NCBI GenBank assembly: GCA_046153645.1
Contig: JBJXGI010000036.1
Coordinates: forward strand, 1-14,521
Length of the DNA: 14,521 nucleotides
Source: Elusimicrobiota bacterium
Lineage (GTDB): Bacteria; Elusimicrobiota; Elusimicrobia; F11
Reading direction: 5' to 3'
Part shown: positions 10,501 through 14,521 of the stretch, piece by piece
Layout: the number at the start of each line of letters is the position of its first letter
How positions within the stretch are numbered: position 1 is the stretch's first letter
Notes under the pieces: generated by a model
The model's database searches: none
Told to the model about the DNA's origin: nothing
What the model saw: only the letters and a program-made list of their open reading frames with translations
Translations under genes and position numbers: made by a program

Positions 10501-13500
10501 AACCACAACCTAACTTATCAGAGTTATGATAAAAGTGGCAACTCCTCTGGACAGTTTTCAAAATCGTTTTTTGTCGACACGGTTATGCCAACAGTTTTTG
10601 TTTCATCTTCTCAATTGATTCATAATGGGGTTCACACCTTCGCTCGTCCAGAAACAGCCATCGAATTTTTTGGCTTAGACTTTGAATCGGGAATAGAAAA
10701 AATTTCATATCAAATTGGTAATGAGGCTCCACAAATTTTTGTAGCCACCAGAGCTTTTTGGAGCGCACTTGAAGGTGAACATAACATTCAATTTTTCTCG
10801 GAAGACCAAGTCGGGAATATTTCAAATAAAGAAACTTTAAATCTTATTGTTACCAATAACCCGCCCAGTACATATCTCGAAATAAGCGGCCCTCGGTTTC
10901 GTGATTTTGTCTCCGATCAAACGAAATTTATTGTCCATCGTGCTACGGGGAGCGCTGTTTCTTCTCTTGAAATAAATATAGATGGGCAAGGTTTTATTCC
11001 TTATCCATTAGACAGTCCTTATCAATTTCTTTCAGCAGGTTTACACACCTTTGGGTTTCGTGGCGTTTTGCCAAATGGAGAAACAGAATGGGCAGATGAA
11101 ATTTCGATTTCTGTTGATACCCAGGCACCCACTCAAAATGTTTCATTTTCAAGCCCGACCTTTGAACTCAATAACGAAAGATGGGTGGGTGTTGATACGC
11201 TGATGAGTATTTTATCCACTGACACGGTTATTCCTTATTCTGGTGTTTCTACAGCTCGATATTCTCTAAATAATTCAACGAAAAATTACGTGGCTCCCTT
11301 CACGCCAAAATTAGCAGGAATTTCAACCGAAGGATCTTATCTTTTGTCGGTTCAATCGGAAGATAATGTCAATAATAAATCAGAATGGGAAAATTTTCCT
11401 CTGCGGGTAGACGCGTCTGCGCCATTATCACAACTGAATATGGGGCAACCTCAAATTCAAATCAGTGGAAAAATTTATGTGTCGTCAAATACATTGTTTT
11501 GGCTAGAGGCACATGAACAGGGAAATATTATTTCTGGCCTTCATCAAATTTCTTACTCTACGGGATCTGCTTTTAATACTTTCACAAGTTCTTTTAACAT
11601 CACCTCTGAAGGCTCAACTCAACTTTCTTATTTTTCATCAGACCGCGTAGGAAACCATGAACCAATAAAACGCTTAAATTTTATAACTGATATTTCGCCT
11701 CCTGACATTCGATTAGAACCATTGGGAACTTCCTATCAAAATGGAGAAACACTTTTCATTACGCCCGACACCTTATTGGTAGGAGTGGCCCCAGACACAC
11801 TCTCAGGATTAAGATTATTTCAACGTTCATTAAACAATGAAGATTTTGTTGATATAGATACCCCCATTCGAATTTTTGATTCTGGTTATCACCGGCTTCG
11901 CTTAAAAGCAACCGACCAAGTTTTAAATAGCGCCATGAAAAACTTTTCTATTTTAGTTGACGGTGAACCGCCCATTTCAACCCTTACATTTTTAGGGGAT
12001 CATTACATCAAAGAATCAACCCCCGTTCTTAAAGCAGGAACTCTACTCGCGCTCTCTTCCACAGACACCTTATCAGGAGTTCGGTCCACTCAATACTTGA
12101 TTGATAACCAAGCCATTCCCACTGATTATGTTTCTCCTATTTCATTAAGTCCGGGGTCTCATTTGGTTCGCTATTTTTCTTCTGATTTTGTGAACAATAA
12201 TGAACCCGTTCATGAAATAACCGTGGTTGTCGATCAAGAAGCACCGGTGACGGAGCGTCTGTTACCTCCCACAGCCACCATTCAAAATTCAAATATTTTT
12301 GTTTCAACAGGAACTTGGGTTGAAATAAAATCAAGTGACCGTCCTCTATTAATGGGGGTTGGGGTTATGAAATTAGAATGGCGTTTTAATGATTCGGTGC
12401 CAAATGTTTTAGTTTCATCGGGTTCTCAAAGTTTGTCAGCTTACATTCAGTTAAATGACTTAGGTATTCACACCATTAAAACTTATGGAGCTGATTTATT
12501 TGGGAATCAAGAAAATGAAAAAACTTTTACCCTCTGGGTGACAAGTTCACCGCCAACCCCTGATCCTGTCATTGTGGATATCAGCTCTCCAGTAACGTCC
12601 GTTTTTATTGAAGGCAACTCAATTGATTTGGCGGGTCACATATTTGTTAGTCCTAAGTCTCAAATAAAATTATTAGCTCAAGATGCATCACAAAACGCTT
12701 CTGGTGTGGCTGGAATATATGCGCGCTGGGATTCAAATAACTATGCCTCATTTTCAAGCTCATGGCCTGTTTTCAGCGGAAGTCACACACTTTCCTACTA
12801 TGCCGTTGATAATGCTGGAAATATAGAAATTCCTCATACCTTAACAGTTCACTCAGCCCCTTGGCTGGAACCAGGTTTTTATACAAACGACAAATCTGAC
12901 TTTCGTGGTTTCACCCATATTCAAGGAGATATTTTTAGCGGCGGTTCATTCAACGCGAAAGGGAAAGGACGCGTGAGTGGAAAAATTCGGTCGACTTCAA
13001 TTCAAATGCCCTCGGATTGGGTTGTTGAAGGGGAAGTGAATTTTGATCCCGTTCTATTTGAAGACTTACCCATGACCGAAATTGAGAATATGATGAACCT
13101 TCAAACCTCTTTACCCGACATTCATCTTCAAGACAACAGCCTCCTTCATCTCAGTAGCGGAAGTTATTTTTATCGTTCTTTGGTGATGGAGGGTCAGAGT
13201 CGATTGGAAGTTGAGGGCCCTGTTCAAATATATGTGTTAAATAAATTTTCGATCAGCGAGAATGCTCAAATTGTTTCGAGCGATTCATTTCATCAAGTTT
13301 TATTTGTTGCCTTAGGGGAGGAGAAAATTTCAATTCATGGTGGAAAAAACTCTCATTGGCACGGTCTTTTATTGGCGCCTGCAAGAGATATTCAGCTTTC
13401 AGGAACTGCGCGGTTGACGGGGAGTGTGTATGCTAAAAATTTATTCTCTATTGGGTCTCTCATTTTAAAATCAGGAGCTGAAAATGACCCTATTGATTTT

Positions 13501-13848
13501 TTTGATGAAGAGAAACTGGCCTCTGCATTAGATGCGACATTTGAATTAAAAAATTTATACGCCTATCCCAACCCGGCCCAAAAAGGGGATATCCCTAAAA
13601 TTCATGTTGAAGTGGGGGTGGCAGAACATGTGGAATGCCTTATTTTAGATTCAGCGGGAGAATTTGTTCGTCAAATTGAAAATCGTGATTTCCCCATTAT
13701 TTTAAATACACCTCAAGGACCTCAGTTCTCATATGAGTTCGTGATTGATGGGCATCTTCCTTCTGGTGTTTATCGTTATATTGTGACAGCCAAGAAAGCA
13801 AGTGAAACTCTTATTAGAAGAACAGGTCAATTCACGGTGATAAGGTAA
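1525..13848 (+). CDS. Giant (4107 aa) secreted multidomain protein: N-terminal Zn-phospholipase C/P1-nuclease-like domain, long stalk, T9SS-type C-terminal sorting domain; putative polymorphic toxin/adhesin
   Basis: Uninterrupted 12.3-kb ORF with a Sec-type signal peptide (MRKIFFLNIIFVSLSFG). Domain motifs are listed in the sub-features. A PorV-family gene follows 3 nt after the stop. Confidence 0.93.
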   Translation: MRKIFFLNIIFVSLSFGYDNLKVHPGLTLRSLDLISSNNNSYEELKIYEEKIIQGTRDEDIPDYNVLNHFYNPVTGKGLTIPGHSFDPSIVKGNILLNEAIFDYQFNTNFNEAYYKLGKALHLMIQDMAQPQHLHDDAHAPIRLHGDGTRYEDYSEIKFLTVPRANSLTISPQNLITLSKILSQHTYYDSMFPGTHDQTSILITLPDNKKIKAFYVPEQVVDSTIVTPSQWIIRGKNRLLRYNPSKTGDGLALGESSFQNWWRVPEQDSEFYYFDLQENWNEEISIQGVPLELYYINKFVPLAEEYGASFIKLFHDIVNLPPSVKDIEIRDRETGSLIYESHIIPDINNGNKIINKRIYYRPKFEKQYSIKIIFSEPVEQVNFLLGTQTVTIQQNDEKGEEWKGVFEIPRTPSSGSFFCDDSNTLPIYITAKDLHYHQVLPGQNSLTLGAPIDENPKTPSLIKEVNNYYEWTGYETTGLSQGEIPKPCTCDLDADTDAPLISLTDIPNPSCLANTTLSVSGHVSDNCILQSLTIDNEPVSMTPNLSSTTFTKSIVLPEGPSQIDICATDMSGNEHCQTKQVTVDNQPPQVTLVQPLNGATEVATNASVKLSYDEPLSEGYISGSAAGNSVRGANNIEYTHPTFAIDRTYHFSAHSVKDTCGNISPDMNWSFTTQPFLAEILSPRRDDPTNNHWEKRAELPVKVRVQNPLNIATITVCMAGGCQTQVAPASENQTLTFNFDLTGKEDAFVITMNGNYRGFSATDSSTKKIDNKPPTLLANPQTSIEVDSPDIDISLFGSDSASGLKRLSYGQISNTYSPNQNIKSASTAGTHKGLVFGNNTLTAFVEDQVGNITTANILIRRSGHAKWEMKTIENHCGGPAHWQTLLEGTPGLQVLTVLTRPRGSPINRFQKISSEGTLINDFNAADVGSYKLSVRVKVPNTGEVVLQKEINTGIGVCRPDPTFISELPILEPTPPDKKPESFSPGSSIGIQDSYQTTYSARYSRTQTTIDIYDYRGRLIKNLFSASQNTGLYSLVWDGKNQTGHFVDEGLYTIRIHERNLDVPSIQDEERILVEVDKTAPLVSLERLEAVAESPKVIAVWGGIRENNPQRIEINRIHGNQINKVYSESLPINKVFISTAHIEKLANIDTSGWGEGTYQLQIEVIDLAGNRTIGGNNLTYEVFPSNQPVVHIAAGILGQNLLPGNNEIIPADSPQTFIEDELPLSATAIGDWNWSAVSYSGNKAHTTTGAGAHYFIHAKPGIFMGTTDNLIQYIYRSQEVKEIILQVYTDQGNGEHRVYWGENLYPSGGTPGSVSLVYAGALPPANRWVRLRIPAESIGIQNKTVKGILFASEGGQVLWDKTTTSNNTMDPGGLSATLAPSSLAGDSAQTELIYHLNQPTALKVDVVGTSSDVIKTLLMGNSDDPACCTEGDHLTSWDQKSTTGNVMPDGNYAFLISPLEGAIDTEIFAQDPSFDPLQNSYPQLQTLPVHDANGNKFFIDFNRIVKKNASGLMLANVVVLTSGTIQSLGINERGDIFFQDSFSHIHKYQAGRVPFNINNITSYIRIPWNKAMVKATVPIVGGAGGRQFKEFKIDVAPGWPEDTDKWGNSLSSWTLLNKSVSPVVDQFVLPPGISTVYGNLASWETGLTPGEEYPEQDIFHPQSGDLYRGRWTVRNTVFNVHGSSKVALVPVIVGRVINNAVGGVVRSDDNKVSVSIPALSMDQEWTVMGLIHFENSTQEPGLPIIPSNFRQVSSIYEFLPPAFQFRRSVKMTFEIPEIDSHTAHVDLYEYEQSTQHWKRLETIRELNGDKPVLTFKSLNKLSAPRAFYALLERTGVPPPPLLFEPLTPTQNRFISLHGKAEPLAQVFGYTTEFSTSLFPVETTANETGEFSTPPLYLTPGVYSLSVSQLPAGFSQVSSIHSEPSTPVTIQVLAPPPIVPTKLEFVEEDGKTPRSLNIKPNETVFIKLTGSDTVSSQADIVYANIKSEISDIQGIIIPLVETAPNSGIYLGSFHMGDRSDVGGFQLKVLTQGEKIEARLESHESFQATAYFDGGNNNVAPEIVSPSHSALFQHTFETGNEGWSIFDPKSGCSIAISSDTETSNRSLRVKQEKPGNFSVLITNTPFDVRQFPLFSFDVKMNQPVRFNFFFKINNHWKELVFSDTRELPKVFPPSFDRLGSLEDEFGNAPIIPNNEWKQFNINLFNLLFNNNSKLINDSDFIIQEIIIGDWDARDLFGVVPGNTQPGSWVEFDNVIINNGGVNNSNPEFSWSLEPLQSASGYSLLLDESAHGIPAETINTENTLARYLDVQPGYHTFHLRARDQNERWGPVNHFRFLVDSSSPYIDSKEPAPGSRSDSQIVKIYWKDPKGEGLNPASVLFSINGKQYNKNSGALFYDEKNGLLQISLGAIKPVPPILLDGQNISFSIDDATDFAGNHITEPIRWNWTADFSQFSGGDFVPLTVNGGREASWSPEGEKIVFVSDRNNQTDLWVISSTASAESGQMANWTHDLLVERNPSWSPNGKWIVYEAVNNNQTHLWILNTETLEKREITTGNSEDTHPSWSTLGDQLVFSRKTNALANLYRLDINPNTGQVMTENQITFDTVGYNYEPVFSQFNNSILYRRSLYQDNIFSIHLNGTNTRPLTTGNKEFSPRSKNKDIFFVSKRNGNLPTLWVMDEQGRNAKVFLENNNLHADYDPVWSIDGNRLAFTSFRSGSANIWTMTLLEVKDFNVTPSRFSPIAVSSPTCDISFHVTASGAKGRLLISGSHGFSKELLNTSTLSSGTHHFIWDGKSDLGQWGDSGFYTAQLRIEPLGSPEPILKEVNITLDMVPPVSKLSSSSGEIPFVSTQSLLSIQTTDLPSNHTENKITAYYSINNSDFQKLTEPFSVPAGTQTLRYYSVDSVGNNEVVQLQTLYVDDVPPLVFLSPEEPYFEGATNLYISSLSALNLEGNDQIVNAQSVLSGHHLLQYQMDGETPVFSSQSPLRIPINSLRFISGNHNLTYQSYDKSGNSSGQFSKSFFVDTVMPTVFVSSSQLIHNGVHTFARPETAIEFFGLDFESGIEKISYQIGNEAPQIFVATRAFWSALEGEHNIQFFSEDQVGNISNKETLNLIVTNNPPSTYLEISGPRFRDFVSDQTKFIVHRATGSAVSSLEINIDGQGFIPYPLDSPYQFLSAGLHTFGFRGVLPNGETEWADEISISVDTQAPTQNVSFSSPTFELNNERWVGVDTLMSILSTDTVIPYSGVSTARYSLNNSTKNYVAPFTPKLAGISTEGSYLLSVQSEDNVNNKSEWENFPLRVDASAPLSQLNMGQPQIQISGKIYVSSNTLFWLEAHEQGNIISGLHQISYSTGSAFNTFTSSFNITSEGSTQLSYFSSDRVGNHEPIKRLNFITDISPPDIRLEPLGTSYQNGETLFITPDTLLVGVAPDTLSGLRLFQRSLNNEDFVDIDTPIRIFDSGYHRLRLKATDQVLNSAMKNFSILVDGEPPISTLTFLGDHYIKESTPVLKAGTLLALSSTDTLSGVRSTQYLIDNQAIPTDYVSPISLSPGSHLVRYFSSDFVNNNEPVHEITVVVDQEAPVTERLLPPTATIQNSNIFVSTGTWVEIKSSDRPLLMGVGVMKLEWRFNDSVPNVLVSSGSQSLSAYIQLNDLGIHTIKTYGADLFGNQENEKTFTLWVTSSPPTPDPVIVDISSPVTSVFIEGNSIDLAGHIFVSPKSQIKLLAQDASQNASGVAGIYARWDSNNYASFSSSWPVFSGSHTLSYYAVDNAGNIEIPHTLTVHSAPWLEPGFYTNDKSDFRGFTHIQGDIFSGGSFNAKGKGRVSGKIRSTSIQMPSDWVVEGEVNFDPVLFEDLPMTEIENMMNLQTSLPDIHLQDNSLLHLSSGSYFYRSLVMEGQSRLEVEGPVQIYVLNKFSISENAQIVSSDSFHQVLFVALGEEKISIHGGKNSHWHGLLLAPARDIQLSGTARLTGSVYAKNLFSIGSLILKSGAENDPIDFFDEEKLASALDATFELKNLYAYPNPAQKGDIPKIHVEVGVAEHVECLILDSAGEFVRQIENRDFPIILNTPQGPQFSYEFVIDGHLPSGVYRYIVTAKKASETLIRRTGQFTVIR
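1576..2100 (+). other. Zinc-dependent phospholipase C / S1-P1 nuclease-fold domain (approximate bounds)
   Basis: Motifs occur in the order typical of the tri-zinc helical fold: aromatic mature N-terminus plus His (YDNLKVH), GTRDED, NHFYNP, AYYKLGKALHLMIQDMAQPQH, HDDAH, YEDY. Confidence 0.75.
3010..4110 (+). other. Tandem bacterial Ig-like domains, including an SbsA/Big_5-like unit (approximate bounds)
   Basis: Recurring D-x-x-(A/P)-P starts and A-x-D-x-x-GN ends (ATDMSGN, KDTCGN, VEDQVGN). PPQVTLVQPLNGATEVATNASVKLSYDEPL...WSFTT is typical of Big_5. Confidence 0.65.
3032..3218 (+). repeat. 187-bp direct repeat, copy 2 (inside the giant gene, first Ig-like stalk domain)
   Basis: 186/187 identical to 520..706. 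The offset is 2512 bp and both copies are translated in the same frame. Confidence 0.97.
4470..4760 (+). other. FlgD-like Ig domain 1 (similar units at ~5690-5900 and ~9690-9995)
   Basis: TIDIYDYRGRLIKNL...GLYSLVWDGKNQTGHFVDEGLYTIRI. Compare SWDQKSTTGNVMPDGNY and FIWDGKSDLGQWGDSGFYTAQL. Confidence 0.75.
8885..9685 (+). other. TolB-like beta-propeller (about six PD40 repeats)
   Basis: ASWSPEGEKIVFVSDR, PSWSPNGKWIVY, PSWSTLGDQLVFSR, PVFSQFNNSILY, a degenerate SPRSKNKDIFFVSKR, and PVWSIDGNRLAFTSFRSG. Confidence 0.85.
9994..12855 (+). repeat. About ten tandem ~95-aa beta-sandwich protein repeats (OmpL47-type/Ig-like), diverged at DNA level
   Basis: Units start D-x-x-(P/A)-P and end with YYSVDSVGNNE, YQSYDKSGNSS, FFSEDQVGNIS, FRGVLPNGETE, VQSEDNVNNKS, YFSSDRVGNHE, LKATDQVLNSA, YFSSDFVNNNE, TYGADLFGNQE, YYAVDNAGNIE. 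Confidence 0.75.
13537..13848 (+). other. T9SS (Por) type C-terminal sorting domain-like region
   Basis: LYAYPNP...ILDSAGEFVRQI...LPSGVYRYIVTA...GQFTVIR-stop matches the YPNP / I(Y/F)DxxG / GxY / terminal (K/R) pattern of T9SS C-terminal domains. Confidence 0.8.
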
Positions 13849-13851
13849 TTT

Positions 13852-14521
13852 ATGAAAAAATTTCTTCTTGTTATTGTTTGGGCTTCATTATTCATTCAGT
13901 TTCCATTGAGCGTTTTTTCAGAACAAAGGAAATCTGGCGCTTCATTTTTGAAATTAGGAGCAGGCGCCAGAGAATTGGGATTGGGGTCTGCCGCCTCAGC
14001 TATCAGTGAAGGCTCTAACTCACTTTATTGGAACCCTGCCGGTTGCGCAAAACTATCCGCAACGGAGTTTTCTTTTACACATGCCGATTGGTTGGGAGAT
14101 GCTCACTATGATTATTTTGGAATTGTTTCACCAACAAAATGGGGAAATTGGGGAATAAGCGGTATATATTTTAACCCTGGTTCACAAGAGGGGCGAGACG
14201 CTGCTGGCCTTAGAACAGGTTCTTTTTCTGCAAGTGATGTGGCCATGGGATTAAGCTACGCAAAAGAAGCTTTTCCTCATTTTGGACTAGGAACCCAAGT
14301 CAAATATATCGAGAGTCACCTTGGAAGAGAGTCAGCCAAAACATTCGCTCTTGATTTTGGCGGTCAATATTCTTTTCGAAATGGATTTATCATAGGTTCT
14401 AGCATTCGTCATTTAGGGCCGGCTCAAAAATTTATTGAACAAAAAGACCCCTTACCTCTTATTTTTTCTATTGGCGTTTCAAAAGTTTTTGCGCCCGTTT
14501 TTTTGGTTTCTATTGACTTCG
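13852..14521 (+). CDS. PorV/PorQ-family (FadL-like, UPF0164) outer-membrane beta-barrel protein, 3'-truncated by the window edge
   Basis: Not in the ORF track because there is no stop in the window. My translation is MKKFLLVIVWASLFIQFPLSVFSEQRKSGASFLKLGAGARELGLGSAASAISEGSNSLYWNPAG...FSFTHADWLGD...GLSYAK...GTQVKYI...ALDFGGQY...IRHLGP...DPLP. It has a signal peptide and the FLKxGxGARxxGxG...YWNPAG family signature, and is open for 223 codons to the edge. Confidence 0.9.
   Translation, partial: MKKFLLVIVWASLFIQFPLSVFSEQRKSGASFLKLGAGARELGLGSAASAISEGSNSLYWNPAGCAKLSATEFSFTHADWLGDAHYDYFGIVSPTKWGNWGISGIYFNPGSQEGRDAAGLRTGSFSASDVAMGLSYAKEAFPHFGLGTQVKYIESHLGRESAKTFALDFGGQYSFRNGFIIGSSIRHLGPAQKFIEQKDPLPLIFSIGVSKVFAPVFLVSIDF

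Noticed and set aside
125..12334. The short (60-128 aa) alternative-frame and antisense ORFs in the track
   Set aside because: All lie within long, motif-supported + strand genes and show no recognisable motifs, so they are treated as shadow ORFs.

Overview
One + strand locus with four genes. (1) The 3' part of an ORF that enters from the left edge (<3..719). (2) An AT-rich 232-aa membrane-anchored protein (823..1521). (3) A giant 4107-aa secreted protein (1525..13848) with a signal peptide, a Zn-dependent phospholipase C/P1-nuclease-like N-terminal domain, a long stalk (Ig-like, FlgD-like, PD40 propeller, tandem beta-repeats) and a T9SS-type C-terminal sorting domain. (4) A PorV/PorQ-family outer-membrane barrel gene that runs off the right edge (13852..>14521) and is absent from the ORF track. 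The key feature is a 187-bp direct repeat (520..706 and 3032..3218, one mismatch), in frame in both genes. The left ORF is a divergent, colinear paralogue of residues ~327-565 of the giant protein and stops four codons after the repeat. This looks like a mirror-image polymorphic toxin system: variable N-terminal effector cassettes, each preceded by a putative immunity gene, stacked upstream of a constant C-terminally secreted stalk and exchangeable by recombination through the repeat. Repeat, frame and paralogy were read directly from the sequence. Domain calls are motif recognition by eye. Toxin and immunity functions are inference.
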